From NCBI RefSeq assembly GCF_006345805.1, contig NW_021834307.1, forward strand, positions 11,613 through 75,612: a DNA stretch of 64,000 nt, given 5' to 3'. Positions 40,275 to 54,960 of the stretch are shown here, in pieces (positions within the stretch are counted from its first letter, which is position 1; each line of letters starts with the position of its first letter). The DNA is from Octopus sinensis (lineage: Eukaryota). A program made the translations under genes and the position numbers. Below the pieces are notes generated by a model. It was not told the DNA's origin. It did no database searches and saw nothing but the letters and a program-made list of their open reading frames with translations.

Positions 40275-41219
40275 GGTGGAATAGCGAAAAAAAGAGAGAG
40301 AAAAAGGGAAAAAACAAGCGTTCGAAAAAAAACAATCGTTCGAAAAAAAAAACTAGATAAAAAAAGCGGTAGGAGCAGAAAATAAAGGCGAAGAAGATGG
40401 GACAAATAGAAAAAGGAAAGAAAAGAAAGGAAGCAGAGAGAGAGGGAGGCAAAAAAACGGGTGCAAACAGAGAAAACAGAGTATGGACATCCAGAGAAGG
40501 AAGAAACGACAGAAAGAAGGACAAAAAATACAGGAAAATGTGTAAAGTATGAAATGAATATAAAAAAATAATAAATAATATATAAGAAAAATAAAACGAA
40601 AAAATGAAAACGAAAGGGACAGTTTATACAAACAAGTTCAAGGTTAAAAGTGTAGACGTCGTGGTGTATTTCAAGGATTTAACATCAATAACAAACTCAC
40701 TTTGATCCGTGTAGGAGAGATTCAAATTATATACGTTTTTTATTATTTATTTTGCAATTTACTTAATCATTGACATTTTTTAATTTTAATTTTAATATTT
40801 CTATTATATGTAATTTACTAGACGGTGTAATTTAATTGTTCATTTTCAATTGATAAAAGCTGTTTTTTTTATTTTTTATATATATATTATATTGTGTGAA
40901 ATTTAATTTAGTATTTCTAAATTGATTTTTTTTTACTTGTAAGTTTTGGATTTTATTCCCTCAAATAACAATTATTATATGCAAATGTATATATGCATAC
41001 ATATATACATATACTAAGACATGTACATGTATGTATGTAGGTAAGTATGTATACATGTATGTATGTATACGTTAATTCGTTTCTCGAATATCTCGAAGCG
41101 TACACATAAAGCTATAATCCTTGCATATAGATATAGGATTCAGAAACCCTTTTGGAGAGACAAATTCGAAAGGACTACCTTCAGCTTTTTTCCCTCTTCA
41201 AAATGCTTTTTAAATTCAG

Positions 41220-44200
41220 TATTTCCATACAATTATTTCATACAATCATTTCCATAGAATCATTTCCATACAATCCTTTCCATACAATCGTTTCCATACA
41301 ATCATTTCCATACAATCGCTTCCATACAATCATTTCCATAAATGCGTTTCCATACAATCGTTTCTAGACAATCATTTCCATACTATCGTTTCCATAAAAT
41401 CATTTCCATACAATCATTTCCATACAATCATTTCCATACAATCATTTCCATACAATTATTTCCATACAATCATTTCCATACAATCATTTCCATACAATCA
41501 TTTCCATACAATCATTTCCATACAATAGTTTCCATACAATCATTTCCATAAAATCGTTTCAATACAATCGTTTCCAGACAATCATTTCCATACAATCGTT
41601 TCCATAAAATCATTTCCATACAATGACTGTATGGAACTAATTTTATGGAAATGATTTGTATGGAAATGATTTATGGAAATAATTGTATGGAAATGATTGT
41701 ACGGAAATGAGTGTATGGAAATGATTGTATGGAAATGATTGTATGGAAATAATTGTATGGAATTGATTGTATGGAAACAATTGTATGGAAATGATTGTAT
41801 GGAATTGATTGTATGGAAATGATTGTATGGAAACGATTTTATGGAAACGATTGTATGGAAACGATTGTATGGAAACGATTGTATGGAAACGATTGTATGG
41901 AAATGATTGTATGGAAACGATTGTATGGAAATGATTATTTGGAAATGATTGTATGGAAATGATTGTATCGAAATGATACTATGGAAACGATTGTATGGAA
42001 ACGATTGTATGGAAACGATTGTATGGAAACGATTGTATGGAAATGATTGTTTGGAAATGATTTATGGAAATGATTGTATTGAAATGATTGTATGGAAATG
42101 ATTGTATGGAAATGATTGTATGGAAATGATTGTATGGAAATGATTGTATGGAAATATTTGTATGGAAATGCTTGTATGGAAATGATTGTATGGAAATGAT
42201 TGTATGGAAACAATTGTATGGAAACGATTGTATGGAAACGATTGTATGGAAACGATTGTATGGAAACGATTGTATGGAAACGATTGTATGGAAATGATTG
42301 TTTGGAAATGATTGTATGGAACTGATTGTATGGAAATGATTGTATGGAAATGACTGTATGGAAATAATTCTATGGAAATGATTGTATGGAAATGATTGTA
42401 TGGAAATGTTTGCATGGAAATAATTGTATGGAAATGATTGTATGGAAATGATTGTATGGAAATGATTGTATGGAAATAATTGTATGGAAATGATTGTATG
42501 GAAATTATTGTATGGATATGTTTATATGGAAATGATTGTATGGAAATGATTGAATGGAAATGATTGTATGGAAATGATTGTATGGAAATGATTGTATGGA
42601 AATGATTGTATGGAAACGATTGTATGGAAATGATTGTATGGAAACGATTGTATGGAAATGATTGTATGGAAATGATTGTATGGAAATGATTGTATGGAAA
42701 TGATTGAATGGAAACGATTGTATGGAAATGATTGTATGGAAACGATTGTATGGAAACGATTGTATGGAAATGATTGTATGGAATGATTGTGTGGAAATGA
42801 TTGTATGGAAATGATTGTATGGAAATGATTGAATGGAAACGATTGAATGGAAATGATTGTATGGAAATGATTGTATAGAAATGATTGTATGGAAATGATT
42901 GTATGGAACTATTGTATGGAAATGATTGTATGGAAATAATTGTATGGAAATGATTGTATGGAAATGATTGTATGGAAATTATTGTATGGAAATAATTGTA
43001 TGGAAATGATTGTATGGAAATGATTGTATGGAAACGATTGTATGGAAACGATTGTTTGGAAACGATTTTATGGAAATGATTGTATGGAAATGATTGTATG
43101 GAAATGATTGTATGAAAATGATTGTATGGAAATGATTGTATGGAAATAATTGTATGGAAATGAGTGTATGGAAATGATTGTATGGAAATTATTGTATGGA
43201 AATAATTGTATGGAATTGATTGTATGGAAATAATTGTATGGAAAAGATTGTATGGAAATAATTGTATGGAAATGATTGTATGGAAAGAATTGTATGGAAA
43301 TGATTCTATGGAAATGATTGTATGGAAATAATTTTATGGAAGTGATTGTATGGAAATGATTGCATGGAAATGATTGTATGGAAATGATTGTATGGAAATG
43401 ATTGTATGGAAATGATTGTATGGAAATAATTGTATGGAAATGATTGTATGGAAATGATTGTATGTAAATGATTGTATGTAAATGATTGTATGGAAATGAT
43501 TGTATGGAAATGATTGTATGGAAATAATTGTATGGAAATGCTTGTATGGAAATGATTGTATGGAAATGATTGTATGGAAATGATTGTATGGAAATAATTG
43601 TATGGAAACGATTGTATGGAAACGATTGTATGGAAATGATTGTATGGAAACCATTGTATGGAAACGATTGTATGAAAATGATTGTTTGGAAATGATTGCA
43701 TGGAAATGATTGAATGGAAATGATTGTATGGAAATGACGGTATGGAAATGATTGTATGGAAATGATTGAATGGAAATGATTGTATGGAAATGATTGAATG
43801 GAAATGATTGTATGGAAATAATTTTATGGAAATGACTGTATGGAAATGATTGTATGGAAATGATTGCATGGAAATGATTGTATGGAAATGATTGTATGGA
43901 TATGACTGTATGGAAATGATTGTATGGAAATGATTGAATGGAGATGATTGTATGGAAATAATTTTATGGAAATGATTGAATGGAAATGATTGTATGGAAA
44001 TGATTGTATGGAAATGATTGTATGGAAATGATTGTATGGAAACGATTGCATGGAAACGATTGTATGGAAACGATTGTATGGACACGATTGTATGGAAATG
44101 ATTTTTTGGAAATGATTGTATGGAAATGATTGTATGGAAATGATTGTATGGAAACGATTGTATGGAAACGATTGTATGGAAATGATTGTATGGAAATAAC

Positions 44201-47200
44201 TGTATGGAAATACTTGTATGGAAATGATTGTATTGAAATGATTGTATGGAAATGATTGTATGGAAATGACTGTATGGAAATGATTTATGGAAGTGATTGT
44301 ATGGAAATAATTGTATGGAAATGATTGTATGGAAATGATTGTATGGAAATAATTGTATGGAAACGATTCTATGGAAATGATTGTATGGAAATGATTGTAT
44401 GGAAATGATTTATGGAAATAATTGTATGGAAATGATTGTACGGAAACTAGTGAATGGAAATGATTGTATGGAAATGATTGTATGGAAATAATTGTATGGA
44501 AATGATTGTATGGAAATTATTGTATGGAAATGATTGTATGGAAACGATTGTATGGAAACGATTGTGTGGAAACGATTGTATGGAAATGATTATTTGGAAA
44601 TGATTGTATGGAAATGATTGTATCTAAATGATTCTATGGAAACGATTGTATGGAAAAGATTGTATGGAAACGATTGTATGGAAACGATTGTATGGAAATG
44701 ATTGTTTGGAAATGATTTATGGAAATGATTGTATTGAAATGATTGTATGGAAATGATTGTATGGAAATGATTGTATGGAAATGATTGTATGGAAATGATT
44801 GTATGGAAATGATTGTATGGAAATGCTTGTATGGAAATGATTGTATGGAAATGATTGTATGGAAATGATTTTATGGAAACAATTGTATGGAAACGATTGT
44901 ATGGAAACGATTGTCTGGAAACGATTGTATGGAAACGATAGTATGGAAACGATTGTATGAAAATGATTGTTTGGAAATGATTGTATGGAAATGATTGTAT
45001 GGAAATGATTGTATGGAAATCAGTGTATGGAAATGATTCTATTTAAATGATTGTATGGAAATGATTGTATGGAAATGATTGTATGGAAATAATTGTATGG
45101 AAATGATTGTATGGAAATGATTGTATGGAAATAATTGTATGGAAACGATTGTATGGAAACGATTGTATGGAAATGATTGTTTGGAAATGATTTATGGAAA
45201 TGATTGTATTGAAATGATTGTATGGAAATGATTGTATGGAAATGATTGTATGGAAATGATTGTATGGAAATGATTGTATGGAAATGCTTGTATGGAAATG
45301 ATTGTATGGAAATGATTGTATGGAAATGATTGTATGGAAACAATTGTATGGAAACGATTGTATGGAAAGGATTGTCTGGAAACGATTGTATGGAAACGAT
45401 AGTATGGAAACGATTGTATGAAAATGATTGTTTGGAAATGATTGTATGGAAATGATTGTATGGAAATGATTGTATGGAAATCAGTGTATGGAAATGATTC
45501 TATTTAAATGATTGTATGGAAATGATTGTATGGAAATGATTGTATGGAAATAATTGTATGGAAATGATTGTATGGAAATGATTGTATGGAAATGATTGTA
45601 CGGAAATAATTGTATGGAAATGATTGTATGGAAATGATTGTATGGATATGTTTATATGGAAATGATTGTATGGAAATGATTGTATGGAAATGATTGTATG
45701 GAAATGATTGTATGGAAATGATTGTATGGAAACGATTGTATGGAAATGATTGTATGGAAACGATTGTATGGAAATGATTGTATGGAAATGATTGTATGGA
45801 AATGATTGTATGGAAATCATTGTATGGAAATGATTGAATGGAAACGATTGTATGGAAATGATTGTATGGAAACGATTGTTTGGAAACGATTGTATGGAAA
45901 TGATTATATGGAAATAATTGTATGGAAATACTTGTATGGAAATGATTGTATGGAAATGATTGCATGGAAATGATTGTATGGAATGATTGTATGGAAATGA
46001 TTGTATGGAAATGATTGTATGGAAATGATTGTATGGAAATGATTGTATGGAAACGATTCTATGGAAATGATTGTATGGAAACGATTGTATGGAAACGATT
46101 GTATGGAAATGATTGTATGGAAATAATTGTATGGAAATACTTGTATGGAAATGATTGTATGGAAATGATTGCATGGAAATGATTGTATGGAAAGGATTGT
46201 ATGGAAATGATTGTATGGAAATGATTGTATGGAACTATTGTATGGAAATGATTGTATGGAAATAATTGTATGGAAATGATTGTATGGAAATGATTGTATG
46301 GAAATTATTGTATGGAAATAATTGTATGGAAATTATTGTATGGAAATGATTGTATGGAAACGATTGTATGGAAACGATTGTTTGGAAACGATTTTATGGA
46401 AATGATTGTATGGAAATGATTGTATGGAAATGATTGTATGGAAATGATTGTATGGAAATAATTGTATGGAAATGAGTGTATGGAAAAGATTGTATGGAAA
46501 TGATTGTATGGAAATGATTGTATGGAAAGAATTGTATGGAAATGATTGTATGGAAATGATTGTATGGAAATAATTTTATGGTAATGATTGTATGGAAATG
46601 ATTGCATGGAAATGATTGTATGGAAATGATTGTATGGAAATGATGTATGGAAATGATTGTATGGAACGATTGTATGGAAATGATTGTTTGGAAATGATTT
46701 ATGGAAATGATTGTATTGAAATGATTGTATGGAAATGATTGTATGGAAATGATTGTATGGAAATGATTGTATGGAAATGATTGTATGGAATGCTTGTATG
46801 GAAATGATTGTATGGAAATGATTGTATGGAAATGATTGTATGGAAACAATTGTATGGAAACGATTGTATGGAAAGGATTGTCTGGAAACGATTGTATGGA
46901 AAATTGTATGGAAATGATTGTATGAAAATGATTGTTTGGAAATGATTGTATGGAAATGATTGTATGGAAATGATTGTATGGAAATCAGTGTATGGAAATG
47001 ATTCTATTTAAATGATGTATGGAAATGATTGTATGGAAATGATTGTATGGAAATAATTGTATGGAAATGATTGTATGGAAATGATTGTATGGAAATGATT
47101 GTACGGAAATAATTGTATGGAAATGATTGTATGGAAATGATTGTATGGATATGTTTATATGGAAATGATTGTATGGAATGATTGTATGGAAATGATTGTA

Positions 47201-50200
47201 TGAAAATGATTGTATGGAAATGATTGTATGGAAACGATTGTATGGAAATGATTGTATGGAAACGATTGTATGGAAATGATTGTATGGAAATGATTGTATG
47301 GAATGATTGTATGGAAATCATTGTATGGAAATGATTGAATGGAAACGATTGTATGGAAATGATTGTATGGAAACGATTGTTTGGAAACGATTGTATGGAA
47401 ATGATTATATGGAAATAATTGTATGGAAATACTTGTATGGAAATGATTGTATGGAAATGATTGCATGGAAATGATTGTATGGAAATGATTGTATGGAAAT
47501 GATTGTATGGAAATGATTGTATGGAAATGATTGTATGGAAATGATTGTATGGAAACGATTCTATGGAAATGATTGTATGGAAACGATTGTATGGAAACGA
47601 TTGTATGGAAATGATTGTATGGAAATAATTGTATGGAAATACTTGTATGGAAATGATTGTATGGAAATGATTGCATGGAAATGATTGTATGGAAAGGATT
47701 GTATGGAAATGATTGTATGGAAATGATTGTATGGAACTATTGTATGGAAATGATTGTATGGAAATATTGTATGGAAATGATTGTATGGAATGATTGTATG
47801 GAAATTATTGTATGGAAATAATTGTATGGAAATTATTGTATGGAAATGATTGTATGGAAACGATTGTATGGAAACGATTGTTTGGAAACGATTTATGGAA
47901 ATGATTGTATGGAAATGATGTATGGAAATGATTGTATGGAATGATTGTATGGAAATGATTGTATGGAAATGATTGTATGGAAAAGATTGTATGGAAATGA
48001 TTGTATGGAAATGATTGTATGGAAAGAATTGTATGGAAATGATTGTATGGAAATGATTGTATGGAAATAATTTTATGGTAATGATTGTATGGAAATGATT
48101 GCATGGAAATGATTGTATGGAAATGATTGTATGGAAATGATTGTATGGAAATGATTGTATGGAAACGATTGTATGGAAACGATTGTTTGGAAACGATTTT
48201 ATGGAAATGATTGTATGGAAATGATTGTATGGAAATGATTGTATGGAAATGAGTGTATGGAAATAATTTTATGGAAATGATTGTATGGTAATGATTGCAT
48301 GGAAATGATTGTATGGAAATAATTGTATGGAATTGTTTGTATGGAAATAATTTTATGGACAAGATTGTATGGAAATGATTGTATGGAAATGATTGTATGG
48401 AAAGAATTGTATGGAAATGATTGTATGGAAATGATTGTATGGAAATAATTTTATGGAAATGATTGTATGGTAATGATTGCATGGAAATGATTGTATGGAA
48501 ATGATTGTATGGAAATGATTGTATGGAAATGATTGTATGGAAATGATTGTATGGAAATAATTGTATGGAAATGATTGTATGGAAATGATTGTATGCAAAT
48601 GATTGTATGTAAATGATTGTATGGAAATGATTGTATGGAAATGATTGTATGGAAATAATTGTATGGAAATGCTTGTATGGAAATGATTGTATGGAATTGA
48701 TTGTATGGAAATGATTGTATGGAAATAATTGTATGGAAACGATTGTATGGAAACGATTGTATGGAAATGATTGTACGGAAACGATTGTATGGAAACGATT
48801 GTATGGAAATGATTGTTTGGAAACGATTGCATGGAAATGATTGTATGGAAATGATTGTATGGAAATGACTGTATGGAAATGATTGTATGGAAATGATTGA
48901 ATGGAAATGATTGTATGGAAATGATTGAATGGAAATGATTGTATAGAAATAATTTTATGGAAATGACTGTATGGAAATGATTGTATGGAAATGATTGCAT
49001 GGAAATGATTGTATGGAAATGATTGTATGGATATGACTGTATGGAAATGATTGTATGGAAATTATTGAATGGAGATGATTGTATGGAAATAATTTTGTGG
49101 AAATGATTGAATGGAAATGATGTATGGAAATGATTGTATGGAAATGATTGTATGGAAACGATTGTATGGAAACGATTGCATGGAAACGATTGTATGGAAA
49201 CGATTGTATGGACACGATTGTATGGAAATGATGTTTTGGAAATGATTGTATGGAAATGATTGTATGGAAATGATTGTATGGAAACGATTGTATGGAAACG
49301 ATTGTATGGAAATGATTGTATGGAAATAACTGTATGGAAATACTTTTATGGAAATGATTGTATGGAAATGATTGTATGGAAATGATTGTATGGAAATGAC
49401 TGTATGGAAATGATTGTATGGAAACGATTGTATGGAAATGATTGTATGGAAATGATTGTATGGAAATGATTTATGGAAATAATTGTATGGAAATGATTGT
49501 ACGGAAATGAGTGAATGGAAATGATTGTATGGAAATGATTGTATGAAAATAATTGTATGGACTTGATTGTATGGAAATAATTGTATGGAAATGATTGTAT
49601 GGAAATGATTGTATGGAAATGATTGTATGGAAACGATTGTATGGAAACGATTGTGTGGAAACGATTGTATGGAAATGATTATTTGGAAATGATTGTATGG
49701 AAATGATTGTATCTAAATGATTCTCTGGAAACGATTGTATGGAAAAGATTGTATGGAAACGATTGTATGGAAACGATTGTATGGAAATGATTGTTTGGAA
49801 ATGATTTATGGAAATGATTCTATTGAAATGATTGTATGGAAATGATTGTATGTAAATGATTGTATGGAAATGATTGTATGGAAATGATTGTATGGAAATG
49901 ATTGTATGGAACTAATTGTATGGAAATGTTTGTATGGAAATGATTGTATGGAAATGATTGTATGGAAATGATTGTATGGAAACAATTGTATGGAAACGAT
50001 TGTATGGAAACGATTGTATGGACACGATTGTATGGAAACGATAGTATGGAAACGATTGTATGGAAATGATTGTTTGGAAATGATTGTATGGAAATGATTT
50101 ATGGAAATCATTGTATGGAAATGAGTGTATGGAAATGATTCTATTTAAATGATTGTATGGAAATGATTGTATGGAAATGATTGTATGGAAATAATTGTAT

Positions 50201-53200
50201 GGAAATGATTGTATGGAAATGATTGTACGGAAATAATTGTATGGAAATGATTGTATGGAAATGATTGTATGGATATGTTTATATGGAAATGATTGTATGG
50301 AAATGATTGTATGGAAATGATTGTATGGAAATGATTGTATGGAAATGATTGTATGGAAACGATTGTATGGAAATGATTGTATGGAAACGATTGTATGGAA
50401 ATGATTGTATGGAAATGATTGTATGGAAATGATTGTATGGAAATGATTGTATGGAAATGATTGAATGGAAACGATTGTATGGAAATGATTGTATGGAAAC
50501 GATTGTTTGGAAACGATTGTATGGAAATGATTGTATGGAAATAATTGTATGGAAATATTTGTATGGAAATGATTGTATGGAAATGATTGCATGGAAATGA
50601 TTGTATGGAAATGATTGTATGGAAATGATTGTATGGAATTGATTGTATGGAAATGATTGTATGGAAATGATTGTATGGAAACGATTGTATGGAAATGATT
50701 GTATGGAAATGATTGTATGGAAATGATTGTATGGAAATGATTGTATGGAAATGATTGTATGGAAATGATTGAATGGAAACGATTGTATGGAAATGATTGT
50801 ATGGAAACGATTGTATGGAAATGATTGTATGGAAATAATTGTATGGAAATACTTGTATGGAAATGATTGTATGGAAATGATTGCATGGAAATGATTGTAT
50901 GGAAAGGATTGTATGGAAATGATTGTATGGAAATGATTGTATGGATATTATTGTATGGAAATAATTGTATGGAATTGATTGTATGGAAATAATTGTATTG
51001 AAATGATTGTATGGAAATGATTGTATGGAAATGATTGTATGGAAATGATTGTATGGAAATGATTGTATGGAAACGATTCTATGGAAATGATTGTATGGAA
51101 ATGATTGTATGGAAATGATTGTCTGGAAATGATTGTATGGAAATGATTGAATGGAAACGATTGTATGGAAATGATTGTATGGAAACGATTGTATGGAAAC
51201 GATTGTATGGAAATGATTGTATGGAAATAATTGTATGGAAATACTTGTATGGAAATGATTGTATGGAAATGATTGCATGGAAATGATTGTATGGAAAGGA
51301 TTGTATGGAAATGATTGTATGGAAATGATTGTATGGAAATGATTGTATGGAACTATTGTATGGAAATGATTGTATGGAAATAATTGTATGGAAATGATTG
51401 TATGGAAATGATTGTATGGAAATTATTGTATGGAAATAATTGTATGGAAATGATTGTATGGAAATGATTGTATGGAAACGATTGTATGGAAACGATTGTT
51501 TGGAAACGATTTTATGGAAATGATTGTATGGAAATGATTGTATGGAAATGATTGTATGGAAATGATTGTATGGAAATGATTTTATGGAAATAATTGTATG
51601 GAAATGAGTGTATGGAAAAGATTGTATGGAAATGATTGTATGGAAATGATTGTATGGAAAGAATTGTATGGAAATGTTTGTATGGAAATGATTGTATGGA
51701 AATAATTTTATGGAAATGATTGTATGGAAATGATTGCATGGAAATGATTGTATGGAAATGATTGTATGGAAATGATTGTATGGAAATAATTGTATGGAAA
51801 CGATTGTATGGAAACGATTGTTTGGAAACGATTTTATGGAAATGATTGTATGGAAATGATTGTATGGAAATGATTGTATGGAAATGATTGTATGGAAATG
51901 ATTGTATGGAAATTATTGTATGGAAATAATTGTATGGAAATGAGTGTATGGAAATGATTGTATGGATATTATTGTATGGAAATAATTGTATGGAATTGAT
52001 TGTATGGAAATAATTGTATTGAAATGATTGTATGGAAATGATTGTATGGAAATGATTGTATGGAAAGAATTGTATGGAAATGATTGTATGGAAATGATTG
52101 TATGGAAATAATTTTATGGAAAGGATTGTATGGAAATGATTGTATGGAAATGATTGTATGGAAATGATTGTATGGAAATTATTGTATGGAAATGATTGTA
52201 TGGAAATGATTGTATGGAAATAATTGTATGGAAATGATTGTATGGAAATGATTGTATGTAAATGATTGTATGGAAATGATTGTATGGAAATGATTGTATG
52301 GAAATAATTGTATGGAAATGATTGTATGGAAATGATTTTCAGGAAATGATTGTATGGAAATGATTGTATGGAAATGATTGTATGGAAATGACTGTATGGA
52401 AATGATTCTATGGAAATGATTGTATGGAAATGCTTGTATGGAAATGATTGTATGGAAATGATTGTATGGAAATGATTGCATGGAAATGATAGTATGGAAA
52501 TGATTGTATGGAAATGATTGTATGGAATTGATTGTATGGAAATGATTGTATGGTAATAATTGTATGGAAATGATTGTATGGAAATGATTGTATGGATATG
52601 TTTATATGGAAATGATTGTATGGAAATGATTGTATGGAAATGATTGTATGGAAACGATTGTATGGATACGATTGTATGGAAACGATTGTATGGAAATGAT
52701 TGTTTGGAAATGATTGTATGGAAATGATTGTATGGAAATGACTGTATGGAAATGATTCTATGGAAATGATTGTATGGAAATGCTTGTATGGAAATGATTG
52801 TATGGAAACGATTGTATGGATACGATTGTATGGAAACGATTGTATGGAAATGATTGTTTGGAAATGATTGTATGGAAATGATTGTATGGAAATGACTGTA
52901 TGGAAATGATTCTATGGAAATGATTGTATGGAAGGGATTTTATTTAAATCGATTTTATTTAAATCGTTTCCATACAATCGTTTCCATACAATCATTTCCA
53001 TACAATTATTTCTATACAATCATTTCCATACAATCATTTCCATATAAACGTATCCATACAATCATTTCCATACAATCATTTCCATACAATTATTTCCATA
53101 CAATCATTTCCATACAATCATTTCCATACAATCATTTCCATACAATCATTTCCATACAATCATTTCCATACAATCATTTCCATACAATCATTTCCCCACA

Positions 53201-54608
53201 ATCATTTCCATACAAGCATTTCCATACAATCATTTCCATAGAATCATTTCCATACAGTCATTTCCATACAATCATTTCCATACAATCATTTCTATACAAT
53301 CATTTCCAAACTATCCTTTCCATACAATCGTTTCCATACAATCGTTTCCATACAATCGTTTCCATACATTCATGTCCATACAAGTATTTCCATACAATTA
53401 TTTCCATACAATCATTTCAATAGAATCGTTTCCATACAATCGTTTCCATACAATCATTTCCATACAGTCATTTCCATACAATCATTTCCATACAATCATT
53501 TCCATACAGTCATGTCTATACAAGTATTTCCATACAATTATTTCCATACAATCATTTCAATAGAATCGTTTCCATACAATCGTTTCCATACAATCATTTC
53601 CATACTATCATTTCCATTCAATCATTTCCATACAATCATTTCCATACAAGTATTTCCATACAATTATTTCCATACAATCGTTTCCATACAATCGTTTCCA
53701 TACAATCGTTTCCATACAATCGTTTCCATACAATCATTTCCATACAATCATTTCCATACAATCACTTCCATTCAATCATTTCCATAAAATTATTTCCATA
53801 CAATCATTTCCATACAAATCATTTCCATAAAATTAGTTCCATACATTCATTTCCATACAATCATTTCCATACAATCATTTCCATACAATCATTTCCATAC
53901 AATCATTTCCATACAATCATTTCCATTCAATCATTTCCGTACAATCATTTCCATACAATCATTTCCATACAATCATTTCCATTCAATCATTTCCATACAA
54001 TCATTTCCATACAATCATTTCCATTCAATCATTTCCATACAATCATTTCCATACAATCATTTCCATACAATCATTTCCATACATTCATTTCCATACAATC
54101 ATTTCCATACAATCATTTCCATTCAATCATTTCCATTCAAGCATTTCCATTCAATCATTTCCCATTCAATCATTTCCATACAATCAGTTCCATACAATCA
54201 TTTCCATACAATCATTTGCATTCAATCATTTCCATACAATCATTTCCATACAATCATTTCCATACAATAATTTCCATTCAATCATTTCCATACAATCATT
54301 TCCATACAATCATTTCCATACAATCATTTCCATACAATCATTTCCATTCAATCATTTCCATACAATCATTTCCATACAATCATTTCCATACAATCACGTC
54401 CATACAATAATTTCCATACAATTATTTCCATACAATCATTTCCATACAATCATTTCCATACAATCATTTCCATACAATCGTTTCCTTACAATCATTTCCA
54501 TACAATCATTTCCATACAATCATTTCCATAATGTTATTTCCATACTGTTATTTCCATACAATTATTTCCATACAATCATTTCCATACAATCATTTCCATA
54601 CAATCATT
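41220..54608. repeat. 13.4-kb satellite array of a 14-bp monomer (ATTTCCATACAATC / GATTGTATGGAAAT)
   Basis: About 950 monomers. Blocks at 41220-41624 and 52966-54608 read (CATTTCCATACAAT)n; 41625-52935 reads the reverse complement. Confidence 0.98.
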
Positions 54609-54739
54609 TATAGTTTTTTGTTTCAAAATATTCCGAAAAAGAATTCGTTTACGTTCTTACAGAAGCTTACCAAATGTTCATGACGTCAAAAAATCCATAT
54701 ACATATATATGATGTAGGGAAGAGGTGTAAGGAAGCAGT

Positions 54740-54960
54740 TGGGGTTTTGCACTCATGCTCGGTGTATTGCGGGTTCCATTCCAGGACCGGATGTTGCGTC
54801 ATATTTTGGAGTAAAATAATTGATTTCTCTTTGCTCAGCTATCATTCCGACATCTGACGTCTGGCACACTTTTGCACCTGTACAGGCAATGTCAGTCTGA
54901 TGGAAGGAGAGAGCCAATACACAGCACAAACCTTTGATCATTTTAAACAAACTGTAGGTT
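54740..54960 (+). mobile_element. Degenerate tRNA-derived SINE
   Basis: GCGGGTTCCATTCCAGGACCGG B-box-like segment followed by a diverged body resembling family D. Confidence 0.4.

Larger units (their letters stand above)
36380..40400 (-). mobile_element. Penelope-like element, Neptune-type (RT + zinc-finger linker + GIY-YIG), near full length
   Basis: ORF pieces on the minus strand cover the N-terminus (HVSFLSRC..HRLIPKGFRL), RT (VVKPADKGGAVVVW, YFLPKIHKP, LFTMDIQSLYTVIPH, MAMGTRIGPNYAN, CYIDD, FLDI, HYKHTDSHSYL), the PCSRPRCRTC linker and GIY-YIG (NIIYCISC...LYIGQTGRRL..RFAEH...E...FGLN). Confidence 0.93.

Noticed and set aside
41625-52935. Satellite variants GAAACAATTGTA/GAAACGATTGTA resemble the hammerhead stem III-cleavage segment at 9272-9283
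   Set aside because: There is no CUGANGA or stem II, and a 12-nt AT-rich match among ~950 mutating monomers is expected. An origin from a ribozyme is unsupported.
41063-54410. Long ORFs of (IISIQSFPYNHFHT)n
   Set aside because: A 14-bp monomer gives a 42-nt/14-aa period with no stop on one strand. These are translated satellite, not protein.
41220-54608. CRISPR array or telomeric repeat
   Set aside because: The monomers are contiguous with no unique spacers, there are no cas genes, the context is eukaryotic, and the monomer is not TTAGGG-like.
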